Below are positions 12,301 to 25,161 of a DNA stretch of 64,000 nt, piece after piece. Numbering within the stretch: the first letter of the stretch is position 1; each line of letters begins with the position of its first letter. Position numbers and translations under genes: made by a program. Below the pieces are notes generated by a model. That model had not been told where the DNA came from and did no database searches. It worked only from the letters and a program-made list of their open reading frames with translations. The DNA comes from Amoebophrya sp. A120. Taxonomy: Eukaryota; Protista; Dinoflagellata. Where the stretch lies: positions 2,054,778 through 2,118,777 of the forward strand of contig CAJINV010000010.1 in assembly GCA_905178155.1 (NCBI GenBank). The letters are read 5' to 3'.

Positions 12301-15300
12301 TAGTTTTCATCTGCCTCCTCGTCATCTTCTATGACTTGCTGATGCAGCTGCTCGCTACTCCACATTTTATTTCCCCGAAATAAACCTCCACCCGCGCCGC
12401 CAGCAGGATAATTATCCCCCCCTCCGCTTGGGCTACGGTTCCCGGCTCCCCGCCCATCCCCGGCGGTGGTGTATGAAAGCCTCAGGTTGGAAATCCTCAA
12501 AGTGAAAATAATTTGTAATGCAAAAAAACGACTCCAGTTGGAGCACCATTTATAGTCGGCGCATGACAAATTTCCCGGGCACTCAAAACGTGTCCGTCAT
12601 GCTAGTTAGGCAAAGGGGTGCCCTCCTCTCATGCTAATCAGGAGCCCAATTCTGAACCCGTAGAAGCACAATAGTCGGCCTCCATTGCGTTCTCTGCAAT
12701 ACAGTCTTTTTGGTGTCGCATTTCATGCATCACAAATTATTTCCACTTTGAGGATTTCCATTCTGAGGGTGTCATATGGTGCTACTGCCGGTTAGCTGCT
12801 GTGTCCACTGGAAGGCTGCTGGTGAACCTTCACCATTATGCATAGCAAAAGCATCGTAACTAGTAGTAATTGCATTACAAACTGCCTCAGCGTGACAAAT
12901 GGAATTTGTCATGCTGTTTTACCTTAGGATGGAGATTTGTAATGGATGACTGCAATTTAGTAATACGAGTACGATACTTTTGCACAGGATAACCATCATC
13001 AGGCCATAAATCGTCCATACGTGCTTCGCTGTGGTCCCGGGATGAGCGGCGCGACGTTTTCGTGCTTTTGTAAGAAATGAAGTTTTTCCGCCGCGACTCA
13101 AAGAGAGGGTCAAGATCGACGTCCTCAGACTGTGACTGCTGCTGGTGTGCCTGTGCTTGAGCTTGTAGTTCCTGCTGTTCCTGTTGCTGTTGGTTAATAA
13201 TCACCCTCGCTTTTTCTCTTTCCTGTTCGCCGGCGGCGCCATCTTCAAAGTTGGTTGCGGCAGTAGTTTTATTCCCTAGTGCCACTTTTGCCACGTGGGC
13301 GAGACGTTGTCCCTCAGTCGCTTGAAGATGAGCCTGTGCTTGTTCAGCAACATCTCGTGTGGGCTCTCCAGCACTTGATGTTCCTTCCGCGCGTGCAACC
13401 ACCAGCCCCAACTGCTGCAGCTCTGCAGCGAGTTCACTGATCTCTTCTTCCGGCAACTTTTCCACGAACGCTTTTGTTTCATCTACTTCCGTGTCCACGT
13501 AGAAAAAATCTTTTTGTTGAGAGAGAAGTCGTCCTTGCGGCAGAAACGATATTGACCGCAGGGGCGCGGCGACGTCAGAGGGAGAACTACGAACTTGCGC
13601 AGGAGCAGCAGCCGTGGTGTTCTCGATGTTGTTCTGTTTTTGCGCGTCGTCGTACGGGTCCTGATCTTCATCTTCTTCTCCTTCTTCCTCCACCGAGGCC
13701 GGAGACGTTGCCGACTTCGGTGACGTCGCATTGTCTACTGCGCCCGATCTGCGAGAGAGAGCGCGCGTTGCGCTGTATGTAGCTGTTCCAGTTGTACCCC
13801 GATGGAGCACTGGTCGTGTCTCCATCTTCTGATCCGGTGTTGTGCCTTCACTACTTGTTCCGATAGAAAGTACACACGGAGCCATTGCACGTTGATGCTC
13901 ATCATGGGGTTGGGGCCCTTCAGCGTCGTAATTGTTGGGGACTGGAACCGATCCTCCAGCTGAGCCGCACGAAGCCGCCAAACCGAGGATGTCTCTACTC
14001 GGGCAAGTCGTGTCGATCATGCTGGGAAGAGGAGGATCAGGCGTGGCTTCATCAGAAGTAGCGCCACCAGCGCTGCAGCCTTTTGATATCATCTTCGCTC
14101 CTTGTTGTTCTCCTCGCAGGAACTTGCGCACCTCTTGGGAGAGGAGGGAGGTCTTCGTGTTGATCTTTTTCTGTATTGTTCCACCACTACTACTAGGATC
14201 ATCTTCTCCTTGTCCACCACCACCAGCAGCCCCCGTGGCAATCGACTCGTCTGTCACGATCCGGGAGGCAGTGTGGGATGTAGAGAACTGGCCTCGCTCA
14301 TCTCCTGCTGGCAAATACACTTGTGGTAGACTTGAAAAAAAGGACTCCACACGACTTCCTCCTCCAATATCTTGCTGTGCAGTCGACACGCGGCTAGATG
14401 AAACTGCAAACGGGTTTCTCGTCGAGGAGAGACTTTGGCGATTTGCTTCGATAGTGCTGCGCAGATCCTCCATCTCTATCTCTACAGAGTTGATTTGCGA
14501 GGCTTGTTCCATCTGCGCGATACTTGTGCCACTACTCGACGTCGCGCTGTCCTTGTCTAGTACAACTTCGATTTGATTCAAGGTACTACTTAAGTGCTCG
14601 TCGTCCAACTTCATTTTGGTCAGCAAATCTTCCCCCTCTTCCACACTGTCAAACCCCAAGCCAAAGTAGTTTCCTGCGCGGATCCACTTCTCCAATGCTT
14701 CTCTTTCCACTAGGCCCTCCCCGGTCTTCGCGTCGATCTTGTTCGTTTTCAGCTTTTATGGATTGCAAATATGTCTGGGTCTGGAAGATTGCGAGATTTG
14801 TCACGCAGCTTTTCCATGACCCGTGAGGTCTGGAATGCAGGACCTGGGATGACAGATTCTGCGCGATCTCTCTCATGCCTATCCTGCATGAGAAGCTCCC
14901 CTACGACTTGGTCAAAACTGCGCGACTTTTGGTAGTCATGCAACAGAGATTTTTGCATGCTTCAGATTTAGCATGACAAGTTGCACTCTTCCAGACCCAG
15001 ACATTTTTACATTTCATAGCTTTTTCACCTGCTTGAACACCCAGCCTTCCACACTTTTTTGGAACTGCCGTCTGTGTCGCTCCGCGGCTTCGACTCTCGC
15101 GTGCAACTTGATTTCCAGATTCTCCTGGTCGCCGGTGGAATCTTCGGAATCGTAGAGAAAGAAATCGCTGGGAGAAACAGAGGACTCGGAGGCGAACGAG
15201 GAGCTCTTGCTCTGAGTATCTTGAGTGGAGTTTTTCTGCTTGTAGTCCTGTGTAGAAGTTGTTCTTGTGCTTGTCGTTTCCCTGATTCGCGCAGCCCCCG

Positions 15301-18300
15301 CTTCGCTTTCGGACGACACATATCGGACCACGGAAAGAAGAATGGTTTGAGTTTCCCTGCTGCTGCTCGCGGAAATAGAAGTTGTTCTGCCTGTCTGCTT
15401 CGCCCTAGAAGTACTTTGCTGTTCTGCTCTTTCTCTTTCAGCAGTACTAGTAGACTCTTTCATCTGCGTTGTTGTACGAGAAGCGAGACCTCCCCGATGT
15501 TGTTCCGCTAGCCGTTCCACACTGCGTCCACCTTCCGCCGGCTCCTCGTGGAGCTTCGAAGCGTAAAGTTCCTGCCTCGTCGTTTTTCTCGTCGTTTTCG
15601 TTCGCTTTATTATCTCTTCGCGCTTCGATATTTTCGACAGGGGTTGTTCCTGTTTCCGAGCAGAAGACTTAGGTTTCTTTGATGTCGCAGGTGGAACTAC
15701 ATCAACGACGGGCGGAAGTGGTCGTGCTGGTGTAGAGGAGGAAGCGCCGGCTCCCCGTCCAGTTGTACAACTAGCGCCCTGTGGTCGCGGAAAAAGTTGT
15801 TCTTGTGCGACGACCAGGGCGTCGTTGCCTCCTTGTCTTGCTGCAGACGATGAAACCTGCAAGCCTTGCAGCTGCTCTATCAGGAGCTTCTGCTCATCTT
15901 CGACCTCCTCCTGACCCAGGATCTTTTGATCATCTTCCCCAGCTTTGGTGTTGTGCGCTCCTGCGAGGTCCGGCATGATGTTAGCGCTTGTCATTGATGA
16001 TGTGTTAGCGGCCTGCTGAGCGTCGTGGTCTTCTCCTTCGAATTGCTGGAGGGAATGTCGCTCCTCCTCTTCAGTCCCCTCTGGCGACGCGTTCTGCCGC
16101 AAGGGGGTCAGCTGCCGCTCAATTGCATCAACAACATCAACAGCTGCGGAAGATCCGTAAGAACAATACTCGATAGAAGTTGGAGTTGCTGCAACATCTG
16201 GAATTATCTGTGCCTGCGCTGCTAGGGTGGCCGCGTTGGAGGAGAAAGTCGCGGACGGTTGCACTATGGCTGATGGATGAAGAAATGTTGATACATTTGC
16301 AGTAGGGCAAGCCACAGGAACTGTAATGTTGTTCTTGCCAGGACGCTGTAGTTGGGACGACGTCGCCTCAAGACCTCCATGCGGCTGTTTCGCTGCTGTC
16401 GCAGTCACGTTACCACGTCTGCTCTCGTCAGGAAATAAAATCGCAGCTCCTGTCGGAGCAGGCTGCTCTTTCCCCGCGGCACTTTCTTGTTGAGCAGGGC
16501 GAACGTTGATTTGCCTCGCTTCAGTCGCTTTTACAATGTCAGAGGAATTATCGCCACCGCCCGAGATTTTCAGGGCCATCAGCATTCCCTCGTCTATTTC
16601 CTCATCACCTTCTGCTGCTCTACTGGGGTCTCCTCCTCCTTGCTGCTCTGCTGCCGCGGGGTCTTGCTCTGCTCTTCGTATCCCGAGAAAAAAGTTTTAC
16701 AGTTAGTTACTTACACAATCGTATGTAGATGTACTCAACTTCAGCAACTGTTAATATTCCCTGCATGACAGAGAAAAGTTGCAATGGAGCTAAAGCAAAA
16801 CTAAGCTAGAGCTACTCCTAGTCCTCCCGAAAAATTAATCTGGCATGACACTTCTCAGTCTTGCGTGGCCCGCAACACGACAGTGTGTAAAGAACTGTGA
16901 CACTTTTTTCTTTTCCTAGCTCCTTGCAGCGAGAATTCATTGACCACCCTGGACTGCTTCCTGCTCCACTTTCTCGAGGTAGATGAGACAAGAAAAGAAC
17001 GCTGTACTCCCCCAGAAGGACTGGTTGTGCCCCCAGCACCGTGGCTCCCAGGACTGCCTGTCTGCTGCGGTGGTGGGCTTCTGGAAGAAGAAGCACCACC
17101 ATGTTGGCCACTAGTTGTACCTCCCCCAGGAGGACAGCACCCCGGCGTGACGAGGGAAAATAAGTTTTCGGAATTCTTGTTCTTCGAGTTACTCCGACTG
17201 ACGGAGGAGAAAGCGCTTTTAAACGACACCACCAAATCGCTAACTCGGAGCTTGCTGCTGGTTTGAGAGTGCGAGGAGCCGGTGAGGTCGAAGGACGGCG
17301 TGGTTTTATTTACCACGCCGGGACGAGAAACCTCCGGAAAGATTTGCATCCTTTTCGGAAAGTACTCGAGAACATCTTCACCGTCAGCAGGTGGCGACGG
17401 CGCACAAAATGAGGACGACGCAGCAGGAGCTGCAACGTCTCCTGCCGCCGGCGCAGCACTACTACTAGCAACGACTGGCGGTGGTGCATTGTCGATGGCA
17501 GGACTAAAGTTTTCACCATCTTTTCCTTCGGGGATGAATGCAAGAACCCCAGAAGAAACATCTTCTTGGCCGAAAGCAGGAGCTGCTGCACCTGCAGCAG
17601 CAACATCTTCTTGTCCACTAGCCGCCGGCACAGCATCTTTGTCTTTAATATTGTCTTTGTCTTCCTCTTCGGCGAATACTAATAAAGCAGGAGCTGCACG
17701 ACCTCCAGTAGCAACATCTTCTTGATGTGGTCCACCTGTTGTATCCGCCGGCGCAGCCAAAACTTCGGCGTAAGCCTCCCAACTTGGAGTGCCGCCGAGT
17801 TCGGGACAGGGTGTCCAGCGGGCACAAATCTTGCGGTTATGAGAGAGCACAACTTCCCTGCTTCCTCAGTTGAATGGCATTCATAGCAACACAAGCTCTG
17901 ACCAATATGCAGCTTTCGCATGACAAATTGACGACCGCTTCCTAGTGCTCTTTCGGCTTCATCCCGAATTTGTCATGCAAGCAGGGCAAACAGGCAACGG
18001 GCGGACTTGGTGTTTCGCATGACAAATCAGGGGCAGCACCAGGGGGGGGGTCGTGCACACACTCTCATAGCGGTTGGCCCTGGTGGATGACACTGGACTG
18101 CGTGGAGATCTTTGGCCGCTCCCATTGCTCCTGCGGTCGCCATTGGCGCTCCCCCAGCGCCCGCTGTTTCTCTCGCTATCATCTTCTTCACCTGTTCCAC
18201 TTCCGCTGGACGAGCCCGAGCTGTCGTCGGAAGAATCACTGCCGTGCTGTTTCCCATAGACGTAGTGTCGACGCTGAGGCAGAGCTGCTCGCCGGGACGT

Positions 18301-21300
18301 TGGATTTGTTCGCTGCTTCTTCTTTGCGGAGGGATTTTTGGGACGACGATCAGCACTACCACTAGCAGGATTATGATCAGCACTACCACTAGCAGGATGT
18401 TGATCAGCACTACCACTTCTAGCAGGTAATAAAACCCCACTGAATTGAGGAACTCCGACGTCATGTTGACCAGCATCGGAGTATGGGTGATCTTGTGCGG
18501 AAGCAGATATGAACTGCAAAAGTATCGCACTCGTATAAATGCATTACAAATTTCCTCAGCATGAGCATGCGGATTTACCTTAGAAAGATGACTTGTAATG
18601 CATGATTTTGATTGCAATACGAGTACCATACTTTTGCACAGGATAGCGGAACAAGGGGAAGTCCAACTACTGGCAGGAGTCACGTGGGGCCCTCTGGGGT
18701 TCTCCTGGAGTACTTCGGAATCAGACTCATCTTCATCTACTTCTAAATCCATTGTGTGTTGAGCATCTACTTCTGGGACAATGGCATGATCTCCGGCAGC
18801 GGCGGTCTCGTTCCTGTTCATCTTCTCAGTGTCTGATTTTTTCCGTGAAGAATTATCTGCCTGATGCTGATCTTGGTCGTCGACGACGTCTTCGCCATAA
18901 TAAAACGAGTTGCTGCGTTCACTTGAGGATCCCTCCTGCTCTGACTGCTGGAGCTGACCCACACGTTGTAGACCACGAGGACCAGTACTCGTTTCCTCTT
19001 GATGGTGGTCCTCGTTCTGACGACGCCGACGCACATCATCTATGACATGCAGCCCGGCTTCCCGTTCTTGCTCGGCCGATGGCACGTACGGTGGTTGAAG
19101 ATTCGAATAGGTAATGTTTTCTCCGGCAAGACGCGGGACCGTAGAGTAAGCCGGCAGCTCGTCTGCTCGGACTTCTTGTTGTTCAGCGCCGGCTTTATAA
19201 TTCCTAGGCGAAGAATCGACAAAGCGCTGCGGTGGCCGCGCAACAACTCCTGCCACATAATTGCCCCGGGAAGACGAAGCTGCAGCTGGAGCTGCTGCGC
19301 CAACGCCACTACTTCTTTTCGGCGACCCCGTTTTCTCGGTCTCGGTTCGCACACCTTCCGAATGCGGCATGCTTGCCAGTAGCGCACCCAACGAAGCGCC
19401 ACTGGAGTAGTTGCCGTGACAAGCGACCCTGTTCGGGTCTGCAGGAGCAGCTACTGATGTTGGTACAACTGCTATCAGAATGAAAAATGCCCCCACCCCC
19501 GAACTTGAAAGCATTTGTATTGCAAACCTTTCCAAATGAAACATTCGCCCTCTTGCACCTATCAGCATCACAGGTTTCCGATCGTGAATAGCGAAAATTT
19601 GTATTGCAAAAGACCCCAGCAAGAGCGGCGCTTGTCATGCAAGCGATGCGATACACGCCTAGACTCTGCATCAGAAAGATTCATACTCCTTTCATGCATG
19701 ACAAAAAGGTTTCATTTGGAAACTTCGCATCACAAATTTTTGCAATTTGAGGGGTGGGGGGCACTTTTCACTGTAATAACTGCTTCCAGCAGGCCAGCGG
19801 TGTAGTTCTCGTCCGCTCTCCTCACTGTTTGTGTTGCGTTGACGCGGACGATGTTTATCGCATGAGTATCTTGTTCATGCGGCGGTTGCATAAATGCGTC
19901 GTGGTGCTCCTGCCGCTGATGCTCTTGCTCCATTTCTGCCGTCACTGGAACTGCCGAGGACGGACCGGGTGGAGAGCCAGGGGCTCCTGTAGGGCCGCCT
20001 GGTGGCTGATGTCCAGCCAGAGAAGAACCTCCACGAGCATGACGCTCAGCCACGTCTTCGCTTCTCCCAGCACGAAGATGTTGACGTGCTGACACGGGTG
20101 GAGGTGCCGGACTTCTACGTCCAGGTCGTGTTTCCTCAACTCCACTCGTGTCGATCTTCTCGTTCTCTGTGGTAGTGGAAATCAGAGTTGTCTCCTCCTC
20201 TACCGTTGTTTCCTCTTTCACTAGCGTCATGCGCCAGATGCGCAGTTGCAAATCGTAGGACGCGTAGTAGCCCGCGGCACTGTGGGGTTTATTTTGTTCT
20301 CATTGATTCAACCGATAATAATGGTGCAGCACATTTTTGATAGTAGCATTTTCCAAACTCGTTTACAGATCAAAGTCAAACTTCTAGCACGAGAAACAGC
20401 TCTTGAGGCTTTTATGCCTTAGGAACGACGACCACATAAAGAAATCTCGGGCGAAAACAAAGGAACAAGAACAAACTGTAAATGCAGCTCTACTAAGTTT
20501 CATACCCCAACCTTCTGGCCAGCAGCGAATCGGCCACGGCCCTCCTGGGCTGCAGGCCATGGTAACTCGAGTCCCAGCCGTGTCCCGTCGCGCGGACGAT
20601 GACGTAATCGATCGGAGGCTCGAGCTCCTCGTCTCCTTCTTGATCGGGCTGTTTTTCCTTCGATTTCTTCTTGTCATTTCCACTTTTTCCAGACGAAGAT
20701 GCCTCTGGTGCTGCTGGTGTCCTACTCGAAGAACTACTTGCAGCTGCTCCAGCACGAACCGGGGGGCGTCTCACACCCATCGTGGAGGTCTCGTTTTTTC
20801 CAAAATTTCCAGTACGAGCAGCACCATAATCGGTGTCCGTTTTTCTCAGGTGTTCCACCGTCCGACGCCTGTCCTCCGTGCCCTGCGCCGGTACTAGTTC
20901 GGCACCGGGAACCCCGGTGCCCTGCGTGCCAACGGTAATGAATTTTGGAAACCTGCGGCGGATGTCGAGCTGCTGCCGTAAGTTGAGCAAATTTCTTCTC
21001 CGCTCGTTGTACTCTTTCCGAAAGGTGTATGGAATGCAAATATGTCTGGATGTCTGGAAACTTGTGACGCAGGTCTGGCGGTGGTGGCGGCGGGCGCACT
21101 GCAATTTATTATTCGCAGCCAAGCATGACAAGTTTTGGAGGAGCTACTACGTGTTGCGCGTTTCGCATGGGCATGGGCATGGCATTGCATTGGCAAACTG
21201 CGCTTTTGCATGACAGGCAAAAGGAGGTCCTTCTTCTTTTCCTGCTCCTGCATCACAGAGTTTTTAAGAATCTGAATCATGCGAGACAAGCATGAGACAA

Positions 21301-24129
21301 ACCTTGCATCTCTCCAGACCCAGTAGACTACATATTTGCAGTCCATCCGGTGTACCGCTCCGTCGCTTCTTGCACGAGCATCTGTTGCTCTTTGGCCAAC
21401 TCCGAGCGCCGCTTTTGTCGCAGGATTTTATCAAATGTAAAAATGTCTGGGTCTGGAAACTTGTGATGCTGGGTGGCGTCTCATGATGAGGCTACAAATA
21501 CTGGCTCAGCATGACAAGTTTCTGAGCTCCTAGTCCTAGGTGTTGCCTATTCTGCATGACAAACTGCGTTTCTGCATCGCAGAAAAATGGAGCTCTTGGG
21601 TAACGTGCATGACACATTTGAGAGTCATGCCAGACAAGCATGACAAACATGCATTCTTCCAGACCCAGACATTTTTACATTTGATAGATTTCCTGTTCTT
21701 CCAAAACGTCAGAGAACCCGGCCAATCCGCAAAAGGGCGGGAGAGGCAGTCGCTCAAGGGCGCGGCGGCGCTCCGCAAGGGATATCCTGAGTAAAAATGT
21801 CCCCACCCCAGAGCTGTCATGCAATTCTGCATGCCAAAAAAGTGTCTCATGCGGAGCCCCATGAGAAGCATTTTCTCGTCGTGCTTTGGAATTTGTGATG
21901 CTAGAATCAGAATGCTAAGCTAGGTCTGTGATGCTGCTGACCTACCTAAAACAGGACTACACTACGAGGACAAACTTGCCATGCCAAACAACCAAAGCTG
22001 GCTGATTTGTCTAGCAGATTTCCCATCTTGACTCTGGTGTGGGGACGTTTTTAATCAGGATAATGGAAAATTCGTGGTCAGCGGAGCGGCGGCGGGAGAG
22101 CGTCGACCTGTGGCGGTTGTATTGAGGGAAACTATGCACACGTCCTGAAAAGAACAAATTTATCTACAGTATGCCGGATAACTTCGTGTTCGTCGTCCAT
22201 CTCCATTTTTCATTTTCTACTTGTGCAAAAGAGATATGTTCCTCTTTTTTGGAAACACGAACAATTTGCAGCAAACACGATGCTTTCGTTTCAACATGCC
22301 GGACGACGATGTTGAGACTGAGAGCTAACAGCTGAGGGTGCAAAATTAATAAACCGTTCGAAATCTTCAAGCAGAAATAGAAAAGGTGATCGTCCCAACA
22401 TATTAGTACCCCCCAAACGTGGGTCCTTCCACAATCCGCAGTAGCTTTTTCCGCTCCGCCAAATCCGCCCGGCGCTTTCTCTGTCGCTTCAGCTTCTCGG
22501 CAAATTTTGCTCTCATCTGCAGCAGTTCCTGCTCCATGTGCGCCAGGTCGCTCTCCGTTACGTGTTCGTCGAGTTCAAACACCGCCATCAGCGTTCTGGT
22601 ACCAGGCGTGCTCCTGCTGCTCCGGTAAGATAAAGATCCTCTCCCTCCGTCGACCCCGGTAGTTCTACTTCCCGGAGTTTCCTTGCCCGGTGTTGGATCA
22701 ACGTCCCGGGCGCAGATCAGGGTGTAGTATGACAGTGCACAACTCCTCCTCCCCCTCATAATTTGTCATGCAAAATCCCCAATCCAATGGCTGCCTTGTG
22801 GCACTGTTTGCATGACAGATTCTGGAAACGACCCAAAGAGTACAACTACATTAGGCACATTTGTCATGCATACGCTCCACGCGTGCTGGTGTTTGTATTG
22901 CTGATCATGCCATACAAACGAGGGGCAGGAGGTGGAGTTGTGCACTGTCATATGTAGCCCTGCCGGTGCATTTGCTCTTCATCTTCTGAACCATTTTCAG
23001 CAGCAGCAGGTCCACCTGAGGTTGTAGTAGTTTCTTGGATAACATTTTTAACATCCCTACTTTTTCTTGGGTAGTTATATTCACCAAGATCATCCTCTTC
23101 GGAACAAATTTTTGCATCGGGACCATCTTCTACTCCGCCGCTGGTACTACGCGGTGGTCCTGATGTAGTTGTACTATTCATCTTCCCAGTTTTGCTGGTA
23201 CAACAAGAAACCGAGTCAGTCTCAGTGCAAGAACTGGCACAAACCGACCTAGACATACCTCTACCTGCTGAAGCAAGCGCTTGTTCACCACCACCGGCAG
23301 AAGTAGTACTTCTACCACTTGTCGTGCAAGAACTGACGTCCACAACCCCCACCACGTCTTTCTCCTTCTCCCGCGAGGGGAGCGGCATGGTGATGATTGC
23401 CCTCTTTCGCCCCACACTCCACTCAATCCGCATGGGGACTTCGTCGAAGTTATGCATCGCAAAAGTATCGCACTCGTACTAATTGCAGATATGCATGACA
23501 AATCTTCCTCCTAAGCTGTCAAACAGCATGATCGCTTGCATGTGTCATGCTTGTGTAGTAGTACGATACTTTTGCAATGGATAGAAGTGCTCTTTCGTGG
23601 TCGTGCTCGTTTCGGTGCGGGTATGCAGCACTTCTTCGCTCTTTGTTTTTCTCTTCTCGTCTTTCTTCTTGGCCTGCTGATGTTGACCTTCCTTATTTAT
23701 TCCGGAAGAAGTTGATGTGCCATCTTGTCGTGTTCGTTCTGATGCGGTTTGTTCATCATGGGAAGATGACATCATCAAAGAACTACCTTCTGCCGCCGGT
23801 GCGGCAGACGATGTGGGTGCTGGTGGTGGATCAGCACGTGGGGCAACATCTGCCGGTCTGTAGTCCTGATATCTTTCTCCATCCCGCGCTTGTCTGGTGT
23901 CCTGTTCGTCATCGTCGACGCCGAAGTCCTTGTTCCCAGGATAATCTTCAACCACTTGCTCTTCTTCCTCTCCCCGTAACAAAGCCCTTGCTTCCACGGC
24001 TCTCAAGACGCCGGTGGCCCGGCTGGGTGCAAGCTTTTCTGTCGTGATGAAAAACAGATTTTTGTGCAGCAGCAACAGCGTGAATTGCTGCACTAGCAGG
24101 CAAAACGGACGGAACAGAAAGCGTCGCAT
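9301..24129 (-). CDS. Very large (about 3,700 aa) low-complexity hypothetical protein, about 16 exons
   Basis: ORFs 23545-24222, 22948-23457, 22403-22759, 20493-21131, 19730-20251, 18027-19622, 17959-18519, 16855-17850, 15014-16585, 12887-14710, 11004-12569 and 9301-10773 join in frame when 13 elements plus one TSD each and the GT-AG intron 20280-20505 are removed. The junction at about 22145-22409 and the true 3' end are unresolved, so this could be two genes. Confidence 0.6.
10810..11079. mobile_element. Introner, family G (degenerate)
   Basis: TATGCAAGAAAAAAA...TTTTTTTCTCTGCATA; decayed TSD CAAGG/CTCGA; removal +5 bp restores ASSS-DAGAPQEFRTVSSS. Confidence 0.8.
12472..12776. mobile_element. 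Introner, family D
   Basis: About 45-bp TIR (GGAAATCCTCAAAGTG.AAATAATTTGT); perfect TSD TGGTG. Confidence 0.92.
12837..12991. mobile_element. Introner, family B
   Basis: Ends TACGAGTACGATACTTTTGCACAGGATA; perfect TSD ACCAT. Confidence 0.9.
14757..15018. mobile_element. Introner, family A
   Basis: TIR TGTCTGGGTCTGGAAG; perfect TSD GCTTT; homologous to 35574. Confidence 0.92.
16679..16918. mobile_element. Introner, family G (degenerate)
   Basis: TATCCCGAGAAAAAAG...CTTTTTTCTTTTCCTA; removal +5 bp joins LQGA-AEQDP in frame with ORF 15014-16585. Confidence 0.72.
17838..18069. mobile_element. Introner, family J
   Basis: TATGAGAG...CTCTCATA; perfect TSD GCGGT. Confidence 0.9.
18508..18645. mobile_element. 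Introner, family B
   Basis: TIR TGCAAAAGTAT.G.ACTCGTAT; TSD GCAGA/GCGGA. Confidence 0.88.
19473..19778. mobile_element. Introner, family E
   Basis: TIR TGAAAA.TGCCCCC; perfect TSD ACTGC; inverted homologue of 30762. Confidence 0.92.
21028..21347. mobile_element. Introner, family A
   Basis: Family-A TIR; TSD AGGTG/CGGTG. Confidence 0.85.
21429..21686. mobile_element. Introner, family A (young subfamily)
   Basis: Perfect 30-bp TIR TATCAAATGTAAAAATGTCTGGGTCTGGAA; perfect TSD GATTT; near-identical to 35242 and 48775. Confidence 0.95.
21783..22062. mobile_element. Introner, family F
   Basis: TATCCTGAGTAAAAATGTCCCCAC...GTGGGGACGTTTTTAATCAGGATA; TSD AGGGA/ATGGA. Confidence 0.88.
22728..22952. 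mobile_element. Introner, family J
   Basis: Perfect TIR TATGACAGTGCACAACTCC; perfect TSD TGTAG. Confidence 0.93.
23451..23583. mobile_element. Introner, family B
   Basis: GCAAAAGTATCG TIR; perfect TSD GAAGT. Confidence 0.9.
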
Positions 24130-24245
24130 TGTTTTTGTTATTGTTTTCGCCGTTATTATATATAATTTGAATTTCGGAAATGTCTTCGATTTTCGTTTTA
24201 TTTCCGAGCCCGTCGTCCGCACGGAGGATTGAAACTCGGAAAAAT

Positions 24246-24405
24246 CCCGTAGAAGTACAGGATGGAAAAAAAGCTCGATTGTTTAGTCGTCCCGTTATCC
24301 GCACGCGAAGGGTAGCGAAGCAGTACCCCGTAGAAGTAGAGGACGGAAAAAATAAAGCTCGATTGCTTATTCGTCCCGTTATCCGCACGCGAAGGGTAGC
24401 GAAGC
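24246..24405. repeat. Tandem duplication of about 80 bp upstream of the large gene
   Basis: CCCGTAGAAGTA...TCGTCCCGTTATCCGCACGCGAAGGGTAGCGAAGC occurs twice. Confidence 0.85.
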
Positions 24406-24431
24406 TCTGGAATTTGTTCCCCTTGTTGTTC

Positions 24432-24962
24432 TATCAAGTGTAAAAATGTCTGGGTCTGGAAGATTGGAACTTGTGATGCTAACTTTGGACTCCAGAAAAA
24501 TCTGTATTGCATGACCAGCAAGAGGAGTCTAGTTTGTGCTACGCGGGGAGGGCGTTTGTCATGCGGAGTAGGCATCAGGAAGCCCTCTCAAAATCTGTGA
24601 TGCGCGGTCGTCGTTCGTTCGTTGTGGATCGGCTCTGCCGACCGGGTAACCCAACGCCTTTCATACAAATGACCGACTTAGGCGAACCCCGTTGCGGGAC
24701 ATACAAATTGGCCGTACGTAAGGGCCCTAAGCGCTACATACATCGTTCACCCTATGCGCCTACCACTTCGGTCTGGGACCTCGTCTACCTGATCCTGGGG
24801 GTCCACAGCGCACTAGCCCTTTGCTAGCATAAACAGACTGGGTTCTACAAACTGATCTAACTCCTTTCTAACGCGGTCGTGCATTACAGGCGTCCTGGGT
24901 CATCCAAAACATGCATAACAAATCTCCGAATCTTCCAGACCCAGACACTTTTACACTTGATA
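24432..24962. mobile_element. Introner-family MITE, family A, carrying a nested 260-bp insertion
   Basis: TIR TATCAAGTGTAAAA.TGTCTGGGTCTGGAAGATT; perfect TSD TGTTC; extra sequence 24612-24871 flanked by CGCGGTCGT. Confidence 0.9.
24612..24871 (-). mobile_element. Nested insertion, probably a 5'-truncated non-LTR retroelement
   Basis: 9-bp direct repeat CGCGGTCGT (24603-24611 and 24872-24880); (CGTT)3 at one end; absent from the sister copy at 51929. Confidence 0.55.
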
Positions 24963-25161
24963 TGTTCTCGTCGTAGGAGTTGTACCGAGTCTACTATAAT
25001 TCTTGCTCGGGAAAAAAAGTTCGCGTTATGTCGGAAAAACAGTTCGCTTTATGTCGGAAAGAAAGTTCGCTCACGCTCCTTCGTTCCGGAAAAAAAGACC
25101 GCGTCCACGAGTTCTTGTTCTACGTCGTGATATTTTAATACTGTTTCCTCTGCTCGTACTG

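Noticed and set aside
18345-18425. 27-bp tandem repeat
   Set aside because: Ordinary coding repeat (ASGSADxxP) in a low-complexity exon
21536-21871. Recurrent short ORFs with [10 protein letters not shown] / [10 protein letters not shown] / YEYDTFA peptides as a protein family
   Set aside because: They are translations of family A and B TIRs in assorted frames and strands
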